The notes: generated from the letters alone by a model not told the origin. 64,000 nt of DNA from an uncultured Clostridia bacterium (GCA_904501865.1 CAJGCF010000001.1:1121-65120), one strand, 5' to 3'. Counted from the stretch's first letter, positions 10,901 through 21,067 are shown. Program-made: numbers and translations.

Positions 10901-11652
10901 TCGTCGTCTTGCATATTCAAAATGCATTGCTCAAGCTCGGATATTGAATTTTCAATAACCTTCTTGACGGTATCGTATATTATGCTGCCTTCCTCGGTTT
11001 CAAGAAAGTCCTTTTTGGCGTTTTCTCTCATTCTGTCCGCGTGCTTTTTGAGCTGACGTATGCTTTCGGGAGCCGTAATAAGCTTTTTATACATATCAAG
11101 CAGTACGGGAATGACCGTCGAGATGTTTCTTGAGTTTGAAATAACGCCTATCAGCTGGGTATAAAGGCTTTGATATCCTATTTCAGAAAGCTCTCCATTT
11201 CGGTAATTTTCGCACTCATCAAAAAATGAATCCAAGACAGCCTTCATACTTGATTCTTTGAGCGGGGCGAGCTCCGCGTCATCGGCGAGCCTCATTCCCG
11301 CGGGAAGACCAAGCTTTTCAAAATTTGCGCGAACTGGCTCGTTGAAAAACGAGTCTATCGTGCTTATGTGAGCACTTCCAAGCTTTAAAAGCTGCTTTTG
11401 CAGATGAGTGTTATCGGGGTGCTCGGCAATAGCCTCGGAGAGAGCCTTGGATATCTTGGCGCGTAGCTCTCCTGCCGCCGCTCTTGTAAATGTCACTATG
11501 ATAAGACGGGAAAGATCCTGTCCGTCCTCTATTATAGAGTTGATTATTCGTTTTGTGAGTGTAAAGGTCTTTCCCGAGCCTGCCGCCGCGCTGACCAAAA
11601 GGGTGCGCCCCTTGAGCGACATAGCTGATTTTTGAGCGGGAGTAAAATCCAT
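7918..11652 (-). CDS. addA: ATP-dependent helicase/nuclease subunit A (AddA, UvrD-like helicase plus RecB-type nuclease)
   Basis: About 1244 aa. Walker A AAAGSGKTFTL, UvrD/PcrA helicase motifs, and a C-terminal PD-(D/E)xK region (GSIDLL...DYKTD). The ATG at 11652 has a GGAGA RBS; an alternative ATG lies at 11664. It sits directly downstream of addB. Confidence 0.9.
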   Translation of the reverse strand: MDFTPAQKSAMSLKGRTLLVSAAAGSGKTFTLTKRIINSIIEDGQDLSRLIIVTFTRAAAGELRAKISKALSEAIAEHPDNTHLQKQLLKLGSAHISTIDSFFNEPVRANFEKLGLPAGMRLADDAELAPLKESSMKAVLDSFFDECENYRNGELSEIGYQSLYTQLIGVISNSRNISTVIPVLLDMYKKLITAPESIRQLKKHADRMRENAKKDFLETEEGSIIYDTVKKVIENSISELEQCILNMQDDEFVKGKYLVCFEENLSLCTALLQKVKHADYSELCGALAGFEVSKIPSIKAVEKTELSERCQNARKKKINDPIKNLATKYFYMTGEQISACFEKNAAFCELLYNILQKFDTDYSEEKLRRGICEFSDMPKFMLKLLLDEDGAPSEYARSMFESFDEIYIDEYQDVNEIQDRIFELIGQSHRYMVGDIKQSIYGFREAEPSIFANYRKLFPVYNEERDEIKNGGSTILMSNNFRCDENVVDFTNIVCSSVFSAFSDIIGYTHDDDLVFSKNIDNEEYKSPKVVLNLIQFAKSPKSSEDEDDSGLYEDSTDMSDEAIVVANEIADLIRNQKKADGSSIRGSDIAVIVRGLKGALPLTDALKALNIKYVLSSSKEIFESEDTKLLTDLLSVIDNPRIDIPLYRLITAQTELAEPVFSLEEVVHIRKHTEMSKSLFDAIIKYGEDNVHPEISARCREFVAMIEKMRAVANKLSADKLIKSLSLCPRYARLADTRAYAYIYDLACKYVKNVWSSLYSFLKYFKSLMEKGEGGAESASVDPNAVNIMTIHHSKGLEYTACFLFDCNRLFNFRDASKALIFTKKFGISMKFPVQSSSEDSLVNKISQRYSSTPLWNAATIELNSKTVEEESRNLYVALTRARERLYISATLNKDIEAYMELLRDESITQYKIKHAKNYMDWILPALAHDTEKKDTYEIKVFSEGDASLTSPLGASEKALSTIQLDDDEKELSMLLNSPSNQDENEKILSTIPSKVAASKVSPHMLDDSVFIPVPTGILFSESDEDKDSQSSDNEKRLRHRIELMRSATASFDSLLDVNKKPTAAEIGTATHLFLQYCDYQNVEKNGVEAEISRLREMRFITERVAGIINRDQLSGFFKSSMYAHVPSAKNVLREFKFGLFKSASDFTQNETLKDLVGDKKIFVQGSIDLLIETADGDILLCDYKTDRITHEEMRDRALLIRNMRERHGEQLEQYKYAVNQIFGKMPKSIYIYSLTLGEAIEM

Positions 11653-11711
11653 AAATATCTCCATTTTCTCGCGCGCAAGCGCGTGACGAATATTTGAATT
11701 AAGTCCGATTC

Positions 11712-14700
11712 CTATATCTCCTTGAACGCAACGGGGCAGGAGGCTGATACGGGGCAGTATTTGCAGGACTTTTTCGATGGGGTTCGTGATATCTTGCCCG
11801 AATAGAGCGAGCGAGCGGTTGACACGAGAGTGTTTTCAAGTATCTCGTTGATTTCCCTTATATCATCTCTGGTAACCGCGGCACCGCCCTTTATAGAGCC
11901 GTCGCGGTTCTCGCTGATACCCGCAAGCACATTTTTGTCCATACTTGCACTTGCCGCGCGTAATATTTCTTGTTCTCCGAGTATAAATCCACTTCTGCTG
12001 AGCGACATTGAGCCTCCCGATTCGTCTGCGAACATATAGAGCGCGGACGCGGGAATTATCTCGCGGTCACTGTTGAAAATCCCCTTGTTCTGTTCAAGCG
12101 TGGCGGTAAAGAGGTAAGCGGGTAATTGAAGATCCTCTCCTGTAGAGAGCTTGTCGTACGAATATTTATGAGTACCCGATTTGTAATCGACCACCCTTAC
12201 GTATTTTCCGTCACTACCGTCGTAAAAGTCTATGCAGTCCACCTTGCCGCCAAGGCTGACGGTGGGAGTGTTCTCTCGCTCGTCTATTTTAAGCTCTATG
12301 GGCTTGAGCGAATCGGCGCCAAATGAGGATATGTTTTTCTCAAAGGCAAGAATACGGAAATCCGAGTTATCAAACTCGTCAAGTACCCCTCTTGACATGA
12401 CGAAGGACATATCGCGCAGTCTTGAAAAGCTGTGCATTATAGAGGAGGGCAGAGGACAGTTGATGTCGGATATATATTCGCGGAAGAACTTGTCCACAAG
12501 AGCAGCGACCTGAGCGTCGTCCTGACTTTCAAGACTGCCGTCAGGGCGCTTTATCTCGCGGAGCAGCTTTTCAAGAACGTAGTGCACCATAGTTCCCGAA
12601 TCTGCGTAATTGATATCGGATACGTTTTGCTCACGCAGCTTTAGTACGTATTTGCTCCAATACTGATAAGGACAAAGGGCATACGAGGAGAGCCTTGACT
12701 GAGACAGATACAGCTTGTCTCCAAAAAGCATACGCACGTACAACGGGTCTACGGTTGTTACGCTGTCGTTTTCATCGTGAACGGTTATGTCTCCCCCCTC
12801 GTCTGTCTTGACGTTCTTTATTCGGTAAAGGTCAAAATTCTTGACATTGATATACGGGAATATGAGCAGAGCTCTGTTCCACGCTGAAGACGGATTTGTC
12901 GCCTTGCCGCTTATATTTGATTTATGTGTAGACAGTATCAACCTCTCACAAGGCTTTGTCATGGAACGGTAGACAAAGAACAGCTCGTCGGATATGACGT
13001 TATCCTCGCACGAGGAAAGAGAGAGCCCGAGCTTACCAAGCTCTACCTTATCACTCTCGCACAAGATGCCGCTATCCGAGTAATTAGCTGGGAATTCGCC
13101 GTCGCATAGACCGAGCAGAAGCGCGACCTTGATATTTTCCACGCGCAAGGTAGCCGCCTCTCCGACGGTGACGTAATCATTGACCGCAGGTACAGAGCCT
13201 ATGTCGGTATGCTTGAACATTATATCAATAGCGCAAGCCAACTCCTCTGCGGTAGTAGAGGTGTCTGACATCACCGCGCATATCTCGGTAAGAGATGATA
13301 CAAGAAAATCATAGAGGCGTAGAGTCTCTCCCGCTTCCTTGATATTGCCCGAGATGAGAGCAAGCTCAGCTATTGAGGAAAGATTTTCGGACAGACGTAT
13401 CTTTTCAAGGTATGCGTATATGGCACGGCAGTTTTCAACAGTATCTCCCTTAGCTACCGAGATGTCTCGCTTGAGTTCAAGCAGGGGAGGAATGATAGAG
13501 GAGCGCACCCTGTTTGCACTGTCGAGTATTTCGCGTCCGCGGTCGCTGATATCTACTGTGTATCCGTCGGGATTCATACTCCACGCGTCAGCCGCAAATT
13601 GCTTGCCGTTTATAGACCATGTATAGCAATAGTCCTCAAAAAGATCCGCGTCGTGCGCGTCAATTCCAAGAAGCCCAGTTTTAAGCAATGTCATAACGTC
13701 GGACAGGCTGAAATTGTGAGAGATGCAACGCAGAGCCGATGATACAAGGCGAGCCACGGCAGTTGAGGAAAGATCTGTCTTCTCCGAGTAGAAATAGGGA
13801 ATTCCCATCTGCTCAAATACCGCCTCAATAATACCTTTTTTGGATTCACAGTCACGCATTATTAGCGCGATCTCTGAATATTTTACTCCATTGCGGTGTG
13901 CCTTGAGAATATTTAGGGCAGCAAGCCACGTCTCCTCGTACTCGTTTTCACACGAATACATCTCGATATGCCCTCTGTCAGCCTCGTGTATTTCCGGAGC
14001 GTTGCTCTTTGTGACAGAGAAGTCCCAGATGCATCTGCCAAGCGTGTCTATTTCGACCGCCTTACTGCCCGAGGGGGCAGTGAGTGTGACGTCACGGTGT
14101 TTTATATGCTCCTCTTTTGCAAAGCGGGTAAGTTTTCTTACGGTATCCTCAAGAGTTTCTGTGTGAGGCTCATGACGGCCGCGCTCGTACGTAAAGGATA
14201 TGCATGTTTCATCTGCCTGCCTCATTATCTGCTCTATGACCTTGAATTCCTCGGCGGTAAAGCTGGTAAAGGAGTCTATAAACACCTTGGCATCGTCAAA
14301 GAAATTATGCTTTGACAGAAGTGATATAAGGCGCGGAAGCTTTGTCTCAGCGGCTATAGCAAACTCGCCTACACGAGTTGAAATATTTGAATTAAATGCC
14401 GTGTATGTTGCGGCAATATCACCAAGCTTTTCGGAAAGAGCCTTGTTTTCACAACGGTCTGCGGCATCCTCACACATCTCGGGTGTGATAGAGTTAGCTT
14501 TAAGCTCGTCGATAGCGGAGAGCATCATAGAGGTAAGCTGTGAGTCTGCCTTGACGCTCTTGTATTGAGATAAAAATCCGGATAGCTCACGCAGGCTTTG
14601 CCACATAACCAGGTGTCTGACTCCACTGCTTGCGGGTGAGTCGGTAAGACCTCCAAACTTTCCAAATACAAGCTGACAGAGACGTGAAAAGCTTATGACC

Positions 14701-14876
14701 TCAAAGCAGAGTGCAGAGGAGGCAGGCAGGTGTGCGAGCATACATTCGCTGGTGTAGACCTGCTGCTCGGGCACTAAAAGATAAGTCCGCTGACCTTTTT
14801 CAACAGAGCTTTTTATCTCGTCTATTATGTATGATGTTTTTCCACTGCCGGGACGGCCGAAAAGAAAAGTCGTCAC
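11712..14876 (-). CDS. addB: ATP-dependent helicase/nuclease subunit B (AddB)
   Basis: 1054 aa. N-terminal GRPGSGKTS P-loop. C-terminal nuclease with Fe-S cysteines (YALCPYQYW ... CKYCPVSASCP). GTG start with a GAGGTGA RBS. Confidence 0.88.
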   Translation of the reverse strand: MTTFLFGRPGSGKTSYIIDEIKSSVEKGQRTYLLVPEQQVYTSECMLAHLPASSALCFEVISFSRLCQLVFGKFGGLTDSPASSGVRHLVMWQSLRELSGFLSQYKSVKADSQLTSMMLSAIDELKANSITPEMCEDAADRCENKALSEKLGDIAATYTAFNSNISTRVGEFAIAAETKLPRLISLLSKHNFFDDAKVFIDSFTSFTAEEFKVIEQIMRQADETCISFTYERGRHEPHTETLEDTVRKLTRFAKEEHIKHRDVTLTAPSGSKAVEIDTLGRCIWDFSVTKSNAPEIHEADRGHIEMYSCENEYEETWLAALNILKAHRNGVKYSEIALIMRDCESKKGIIEAVFEQMGIPYFYSEKTDLSSTAVARLVSSALRCISHNFSLSDVMTLLKTGLLGIDAHDADLFEDYCYTWSINGKQFAADAWSMNPDGYTVDISDRGREILDSANRVRSSIIPPLLELKRDISVAKGDTVENCRAIYAYLEKIRLSENLSSIAELALISGNIKEAGETLRLYDFLVSSLTEICAVMSDTSTTAEELACAIDIMFKHTDIGSVPAVNDYVTVGEAATLRVENIKVALLLGLCDGEFPANYSDSGILCESDKVELGKLGLSLSSCEDNVISDELFFVYRSMTKPCERLILSTHKSNISGKATNPSSAWNRALLIFPYINVKNFDLYRIKNVKTDEGGDITVHDENDSVTTVDPLYVRMLFGDKLYLSQSRLSSYALCPYQYWSKYVLKLREQNVSDINYADSGTMVHYVLEKLLREIKRPDGSLESQDDAQVAALVDKFFREYISDINCPLPSSIMHSFSRLRDMSFVMSRGVLDEFDNSDFRILAFEKNISSFGADSLKPIELKIDERENTPTVSLGGKVDCIDFYDGSDGKYVRVVDYKSGTHKYSYDKLSTGEDLQLPAYLFTATLEQNKGIFNSDREIIPASALYMFADESGGSMSLSRSGFILGEQEILRAASASMDKNVLAGISENRDGSIKGGAAVTRDDIREINEILENTLVSTARSLYSGKISRTPSKKSCKYCPVSASCPVAFKEI

Positions 14877-14895
14877 TAAAGTTCACCTCATAATA

Positions 14896-15723
14896 TCAGT
14901 TTGTTTTGCGGTTTTCTTCAAAAAGCTTAAGATTTCGCAGAATAGTTTCTTTTTTTCTCCAGGAGTAAGCGCGCCTATAAAAGTCCTCGTCACTCATATT
15001 TTCTATCTTCTCGCTTGTAAGTGTCGGCGTGAGATCTTCATTGAAAAACGGAATAGGAGAGTATATACTGTCGCACTCTATTGCGCGCAAGGTGTGAGGA
15101 CACACCTCCTGACAGATGTCGCACCCCCAAGCACTGCCATATTCAAGTATAGCCGAGCGCTCGCTATCCGATAGCTCGCCCTTTTTTTGAGTGAGTGCGG
15201 AGAGACAGTTGCCTATTCGATCCATAGGGCAGGCACGGCGGCAAGCGCCGCAGGACTCGCAATGCTTTATGGAAAAGTCTTTTTCTGTTTTGATGGGATA
15301 ATCCGTTATTATTTCTGCCAAAAATACGTACGAGGAGTATTTTTCGGTTATAAGCATCATATTGTCGCCTACAATTCCCAACCCTGCCATAGCCGCGGCA
15401 TCTCTCTCGTCTATAGGAGAGTTATCCGCAAATCCTGCGAATTTAAACCCCTCAAATTCTTGGGACAGACGGGGGATAACGTCAGAGAAAAGCTCCTGGC
15501 AGAATAAATGGTAGTCTCTCGGCACCGCGTAAGCGGATATGTTTCTTTCTGATTGCCTTGTGTAATAAGGGATAGCAAATATGACAGCCGTAAGCTCGTT
15601 TGAGCTCGAAAAGCCGCACCGTTCAAGCTTATCGGGACGGACTATACGGCATTTTGAAAGCGGTATCGCCTCCGCAAGAAGTATCCCATGTCCGCAAAGC
15701 AGATTCTTTAAATATTTCAGCAT
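14896..15723 (-). CDS. queG: Epoxyqueuosine reductase-like 4Fe-4S protein (QueG family, short form)
   Basis: RDYH, AAMAGLGIVGDN, CESCGACRRACP and GCDICQEVCPHT follow the QueG motif order. AGGAGG RBS. The stop lies 19 nt upstream of the addB start, so co-transcription is likely. Confidence 0.6.
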   Translation of the reverse strand: MLKYLKNLLCGHGILLAEAIPLSKCRIVRPDKLERCGFSSSNELTAVIFAIPYYTRQSERNISAYAVPRDYHLFCQELFSDVIPRLSQEFEGFKFAGFADNSPIDERDAAAMAGLGIVGDNMMLITEKYSSYVFLAEIITDYPIKTEKDFSIKHCESCGACRRACPMDRIGNCLSALTQKKGELSDSERSAILEYGSAWGCDICQEVCPHTLRAIECDSIYSPIPFFNEDLTPTLTSEKIENMSDEDFYRRAYSWRKKETILRNLKLFEENRKTN

Positions 15724-15926
15724 ATCCGTCCTCCTTTCTATAAATTTATGCTATAATATAATTATAACAGATTGTTGAGTGCAAAACAAGGATTTTTCGC
15801 AATAATTCAACGTATTTTTATTAATTCGTCATTAAGTTGTCACAAAATTTGAATATAATGAAAAAGTAAATTGGCGGTATTATAGGAAATTGACTGAAAA
15901 AATATATATTTGTTTCGGAGGACCGT

Positions 15927-17120
15927 ATGAAAAAATTAATAGGCTTTACTGCCTTTTTAATATCAACGTGTATTGCTTGTTCGGGCTGCGGATTGGGAAT
16001 GGCGTCCAATCTTCACGCGTTAGGCTTTTTTAGTGGATCCGGTATGTCGGATCAATCAGGTCAGAGTTCAAATTCATCTGACGATAACATCTTCAAAAAT
16101 GAAACGGTGGACGAGAGCGTTGAGATAGAAAAGCCCGATTCTCAAAAGGGTGAGGGAGACAAAGTAACAAGCGCGGGACAAGCGTATAATAGCGTTACCG
16201 AGGTCTATCACGCTGTTGCCGACAGCGTTGTTGAGATAACCACGGAAATAGTCGTGACAAGTATGTGGGGACAGTACGTGGATTCGGGCGCGGGCAGTGG
16301 AGTGATTATTGAGAAAAGCGGATTTATCGTGACAAATTATCACGTTATAGAGGGAGCAAGCAGTGTGACCGTTCGCTTGACTGACGGTACCGAATATGTT
16401 GCAAGCCTGGTTGGAGCCGATGAGTCGGGAGATCTTGCTGTTCTGAAAATCAATCCCGAGGACAAGGAGCTTGTGGCAGCGTCCTTGGGCTGCAGTGCGG
16501 ACCTTGAGGTTGGAGAGGACGTTGTAGCGCTTGGGAATCCTTTGGGATCTCTCGGTGGCACGCTCACAACGGGCATAATAAGTGCCAAGGAAAGAAATAT
16601 AACCGTAAACGGTGAACAGATGGTATTACTGCAGACCAATGCCGCGATCAACCCCGGAAATTCGGGCGGTGGACTGTTCAATATGGCGGGACAGCTTATA
16701 GGAATAGTCAACGCAAAGGTGTCCAAGGAGGGAATAGAAGGACTTGGATTTGCTATCCCGATAGACGTGGCATACGGTATAGTCTGCGACCTTATAGACT
16801 ACGGATACGTCAGAGGAGTTGTGGATAGCGGCTTGACAGTAGTTGACGTGACGTCCTATGCTATGGCTTATAAAAACGGATTTTCATATATCGGCGTTAT
16901 AATACTTGAATCAAAGTACGCCGACGAGCTCAGATGGGGAGACAAGATAGTTTCTGTAGATGGCACTGAAATACAGACGTCCTCTGAGCTGGAGCTTCTT
17001 TTGAAGGGATACAGCGTGGGAGATGAAATAGACGTAACAGTATTGAGAAACGGACAGACACTCAAGGTAAGCCTTGTATTAAAAGAAAAAGTCCCGTCCT
17101 CTGTTAACTTTGACAAATAA
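15927..17120 (+). CDS. htrA: HtrA/DegP-family serine protease (trypsin-like domain plus PDZ) with N-terminal signal/anchor
   Basis: 397 aa. Hydrophobic N-terminus with Cys cluster. Catalytic motifs TNYHV, D..AVLKI and GNSGGGLFN. C-terminal PDZ-like region. Confidence 0.85.
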   Translation: MKKLIGFTAFLISTCIACSGCGLGMASNLHALGFFSGSGMSDQSGQSSNSSDDNIFKNETVDESVEIEKPDSQKGEGDKVTSAGQAYNSVTEVYHAVADSVVEITTEIVVTSMWGQYVDSGAGSGVIIEKSGFIVTNYHVIEGASSVTVRLTDGTEYVASLVGADESGDLAVLKINPEDKELVAASLGCSADLEVGEDVVALGNPLGSLGGTLTTGIISAKERNITVNGEQMVLLQTNAAINPGNSGGGLFNMAGQLIGIVNAKVSKEGIEGLGFAIPIDVAYGIVCDLIDYGYVRGVVDSGLTVVDVTSYAMAYKNGFSYIGVIILESKYADELRWGDKIVSVDGTEIQTSSELELLLKGYSVGDEIDVTVLRNGQTLKVSLVLKEKVPSSVNFDK

Positions 17121-17156
17121 TAATAGCCTGCCAAACAGGTGGGGAATGGAGAGAAT

Positions 17157-17858
17157 ATGTATCATATACTTGTTGTTGACGATGAAGCGAGGATCCGCTC
17201 CATTATAAAAAAATATGCCGAGTTTGAGGGACATACCGTGACAGAGGCAGGAGACGGAATGGAAGCGGTAAGGCTTTGCCGCAAGGAAAGCTTTGACATT
17301 ATAATTATGGACATTATGATGCCCGAGCTGGACGGCTTTTCTGCTTGCCGTGAGATAAGAAAAATATCCGACACTCCCATAATAATGCTCTCCGCGCGCG
17401 GTGAGGAGTACGATAAGATAAACGGCTTTGAGATAGGCATAGACGATTACGTTGTCAAGCCCTTTTCCTCAAAGGAGCTTATGCTCAGAATAGAAGCCAT
17501 TATGAAACGCAGCAACAGACGCGGAGTGTCGTGTGAGGAGCCTAAAAAGCAGAACGTGATAGTCGAGCTTGACGGGGGCGGACTTAAGGCAGATCTCACC
17601 GCGAGAATAGTTTATATAAACGGTGAGCGCGTGGATATGTCGCCTAAGGAATACGACCTGTTTTTCTATATGCTTGACAACAGAAATATAGCTCTTTCGA
17701 GAGAAAAGCTTATCAGCGAGGTCTGGGGATATGATTTCTACGGAGATGCCCGTACCCTTGACACGCACATAAAGCTTTTAAGAAAGAGCCTTGGAGATTA
17801 TAGCAGATATATTGTTACCCTCAGAGGCGTGGGATATCGCTTTGAGGGAGAGAGCTGA
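17157..17858 (+). CDS. OmpR/PhoB-family response regulator
   Basis: Receiver domain (ILVVDDE ... IIMDIMMPELDG ... K) plus a winged-helix trans_reg_C domain (LTPKEYDLF-like, TLRGVGYRF). ATG at 17157 follows a GGAGAG-type RBS. Confidence 0.9.
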   Translation: MYHILVVDDEARIRSIIKKYAEFEGHTVTEAGDGMEAVRLCRKESFDIIIMDIMMPELDGFSACREIRKISDTPIIMLSARGEEYDKINGFEIGIDDYVVKPFSSKELMLRIEAIMKRSNRRGVSCEEPKKQNVIVELDGGGLKADLTARIVYINGERVDMSPKEYDLFFYMLDNRNIALSREKLISEVWGYDFYGDARTLDTHIKLLRKSLGDYSRYIVTLRGVGYRFEGES

Positions 17859-17902
17859 CAAAGCCAACTGTCCTTGACATTTAAAGAAAAAGAGGGGTTG
17901 CT

Positions 17903-19378
17903 ATGAACGAGCAGGAAATGTATAAAAATCAAAAACGCAAGATTCGGTCCACGGGAATATCGTGGCGCCTTTTTGGTACGCTTGCCTTGTTCGTCCTTCT
18001 CGTGCTCATAGTTATATGGATATTTCAGATAGTCCTTCTCAACGACTTTTACGAGGAATCAATGCTTGAGGAATTCAGTTCAACAGACGACGAGATATTT
18101 TCAAATCTCGGGAATGAGGGCGCTATGGCAGACGCTGCGTACAAGCGCTCTGTGGAGACCGATACCTGTATAATACTGTTCAAGGTCGTGGAGGGAAGCG
18201 CAGAAAAGCTGGCTAATGCAGACGCTAATATGGGATGTATATTGCATCATCTGCAGAGTGACGGACTTGCGCGGCTATATTCAGAGGCGTGCGCAAACGG
18301 AGGAGTATTCACCCAAAAGATAGAAAGCCCGAATGAAAACAGTACGGCGATGGATTCCATATACGTATCTGTAAGAACAGATAGCGAGGGTCAGGAATAT
18401 ATACTTATGATGGACTCCGAGCTTGTCCCCCTGCGTCCCACAGTCAAGACTCTTGAGAGGCAGTTTGGTTGGATAATGTGCATACTGATAATGGGAGCTC
18501 TTATAATAGCCTTGGCTATATCTAGGTTGATATGCGTTCCCATTGAGAAGATGAGCCGATCGGCGAGAAGTCTTGCAAAGGGAGATTACAGCACGCAGTT
18601 CTCCGCGGTAGGATACCGTGAGATAGAGGAGCTCGCCGAGGCGCTAAACTACGCGACGTCAGAACTTGCAAAAAATGACGACCTGCAGAGAGAGCTTATA
18701 GCAAACATTTCTCACGATCTGCGTACACCGCTTACAATGATAAAGGGATACAGCGAGGTAATTAGAGATATTCCGGGTGAAAATAATCCCGAGAACGTGC
18801 AGGTAATTATAGACGAGACGGAGAGGCTTACCGAGCTTGTAAACGATATGCTCGACCTTTCAAAGATAAGATCGGGTACGCGTAAGCCCGAGATGGAGAC
18901 GTTAAATCTCACCGAGACGGTCAGGACAGTGCTTGTCCGTTATGAAAAGCTCACCGAGAGGGACGGATACGACATTTCCTTTGAGGCAGGCGAGGAAGTA
19001 TATGTGACAGCTGACAGAACAATGCTTTTGCAGGTCATATACAATCTTATAAATAACGCTCTTAACTATACGGGTGAGGACAAAAAGGTAAGTATAGTCC
19101 AATCTGTGTGGGACAATAAGGTGCGTATATCTGTTATAGATACCGGCGAGGGAATAGCGCCCGAGGATATACCGTATATATGGGACAGATATTATAAGGT
19201 GGATAAGGTGCATAAGCGTGCCAAGATAGGCACGGGACTTGGACTTTCCATAGTCAAGGGCATACTTGAGGCTCATTCTGCACCTTACGGAGTGGAGAGC
19301 GAGATAGGAAAGGGCTCTAATTTCTGGTTTGAAATGGAGACCTTCAGGTCAGCTGATGATAATACTTTAGAGTTGTAA
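17903..19378 (+). CDS. Sensor histidine kinase (2 TM, HAMP, HisKA, HATPase_c)
   Basis: H-box ISHDLRTPLT, N-box NLINNALNYT, G-boxes DTGEGI and GTGLGLSIV. Two hydrophobic segments flank an extracytoplasmic domain of about 150 aa. Confidence 0.9.
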   Translation: MNEQEMYKNQKRKIRSTGISWRLFGTLALFVLLVLIVIWIFQIVLLNDFYEESMLEEFSSTDDEIFSNLGNEGAMADAAYKRSVETDTCIILFKVVEGSAEKLANADANMGCILHHLQSDGLARLYSEACANGGVFTQKIESPNENSTAMDSIYVSVRTDSEGQEYILMMDSELVPLRPTVKTLERQFGWIMCILIMGALIIALAISRLICVPIEKMSRSARSLAKGDYSTQFSAVGYREIEELAEALNYATSELAKNDDLQRELIANISHDLRTPLTMIKGYSEVIRDIPGENNPENVQVIIDETERLTELVNDMLDLSKIRSGTRKPEMETLNLTETVRTVLVRYEKLTERDGYDISFEAGEEVYVTADRTMLLQVIYNLINNALNYTGEDKKVSIVQSVWDNKVRISVIDTGEGIAPEDIPYIWDRYYKVDKVHKRAKIGTGLGLSIVKGILEAHSAPYGVESEIGKGSNFWFEMETFRSADDNTLEL

Positions 19379-19500
19379 AAAATAATGTTTTTTGAACTTA
19401 CGTATTGCATTTTGAAATAAAATGTATTAAAATACTATATAGAGATATCTAACCGAGTCATATCGGGCAGATATGATAAATTTACGTTTGGAGAATTACC

Positions 19501-20337
19501 TTGACAGACCGCAGAGAGATAATAGAGAATATCATAAGGTGTCCGATATGCTCGGAGGCTCTTTTCGTCACGGATGACGGCAAGAGTGCGCTATGCCGAG
19601 GAGCGAGACGACATTGCTTTGATTTTTCAAAGGACGGATATTTGAGCCTTTCCTCGCAGGGCGGCGGAGGGGACTCCAAAGAAGCGGTCACGGCGCGCCG
19701 CAGATTCCTTGAAAAGAACTATTATCTTGATAAGGCGAACGCTATATGTCAGACGGTGAAAAAATATCTGCCGCAAAGCTCGGTCATAATAGATGCAGGG
19801 TGCGGAGAGGGATACTATACCTCAAGGCTTGCGGAATGTGCAGACCGTGTGATAGGATTTGACCTTTCAAAGTTTGCCTGTGCCGCGGCGGCTAAATATG
19901 CGAAAAAAGAGGGAATTGGCAATCTTTTATATGCTACGGCAAGTGTTTTCGAGCTTCCCGTGACGGATAACAGGTCTGACGCGATAGTAAATATTTTCGC
20001 CCCGTGTGCCGAAGATGAATATATGCGAGCTCTCAAGGATGGAGGATATCTTTTCGTCGTAGGAGCGGGCAGGCAGCATCTTATGGGGCTCAAGGAGCTT
20101 CTCTACGATAACGTGTACGAAAACGGAGAGAGGCGTGACCTTCCCACGCGTATGGAGCACGTGGAGAAAGTCATCTGCACCAATGAGATAACGGTGCGCG
20201 GACAGGAGGACGTTGAGGCTCTGTTTTCTATGACGCCGTATTATTGGCGAACAAGTGTCGGTGACAAAGCAAAGCTTGAGGGAGTAGAAGCTCTCACTAC
20301 AACTGTGGAATTTGAAATAAACGTATATAAAAAATAA
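19501..20337 (+). CDS. rlmA: 23S rRNA (guanine-N1)-methyltransferase RlmA-like
   Basis: N-terminal Zn motif CPICSEAL...C...RHCFDFSKDGYLSL. SAM motif IIDAGCGEGYY. Colinear with E. coli RlmA(I). TTG start with GGAGA 6 nt upstream. Confidence 0.75.
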   Translation: MTDRREIIENIIRCPICSEALFVTDDGKSALCRGARRHCFDFSKDGYLSLSSQGGGGDSKEAVTARRRFLEKNYYLDKANAICQTVKKYLPQSSVIIDAGCGEGYYTSRLAECADRVIGFDLSKFACAAAAKYAKKEGIGNLLYATASVFELPVTDNRSDAIVNIFAPCAEDEYMRALKDGGYLFVVGAGRQHLMGLKELLYDNVYENGERRDLPTRMEHVEKVICTNEITVRGQEDVEALFSMTPYYWRTSVGDKAKLEGVEALTTTVEFEINVYKK

Positions 20338-20353
20338 AGATTGGACTGAGGAT

Positions 20354-21067
20354 ATGAAATTTTCACTTTGCATACCTATGTATAACGAGGAGCCCATCAT
20401 CAGAGAGACGGCGCGGATACTTTCTGATTATATGTCGGCGAATTTTGACGACTATGAGATAATTTTTTCAAACGACGGCTCAAAGGACGGCTGCGATAAA
20501 GCGGTAGAGGAGCTTGGACTCCCTTGTGTCCGAGTGGTCGGATATGAGCAGAATATGGGAAAGGGATACGCGGTGAGGACGGCTATTCTTGCCGCCGAGG
20601 GCGATATTATAATGTTCACCGACGCAGACCTTGCGTATGGCACGGACGTTATCAAAAGAGTTTACGAGACGTTTGAGCAGAATCCCGATGCGGATATAGT
20701 CATAGGCTCGCGCAATCTACATAAGGACGGATACGAGGGATATACCGCGATACGCAAGATAGCCTCGAAGGTATATATCAAGGTGTTGTCGATACTCGGC
20801 GGCTTTAAGCTCTCGGATTCACAGTGCGGTTGTAAGGCGTTCAGACGTGACGCCGCTAAAAAGATATTCCCTCGGTGCGAGGTAAACCGCTTCGCGTTTG
20901 ACTTTGAGTGTATCCTCTGGGCAGTGAAATTCGGTATGAAGATAGTCGAGATGCCCGTCAAGATAATCAACCACAGAGAGAGCAAGGTAAGCGTGCTTCG
21001 TGATTCCTTCAAAATGGTGAGAGATATTTTGAAGATGAGAAGAAGGATCAAAAAGGCTAAAATATAA
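20354..21067 (+). CDS. Family 2 glycosyltransferase (dolichyl/polyprenyl-phosphate glycosyltransferase-like)
   Basis: 237 aa. Contains SLCIPMYNEE, SNDGSKDG and FTDADL (DxD) motifs. Confidence 0.8.
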   Translation: MKFSLCIPMYNEEPIIRETARILSDYMSANFDDYEIIFSNDGSKDGCDKAVEELGLPCVRVVGYEQNMGKGYAVRTAILAAEGDIIMFTDADLAYGTDVIKRVYETFEQNPDADIVIGSRNLHKDGYEGYTAIRKIASKVYIKVLSILGGFKLSDSQCGCKAFRRDAAKKIFPRCEVNRFAFDFECILWAVKFGMKIVEMPVKIINHRESKVSVLRDSFKMVRDILKMRRRIKKAKI

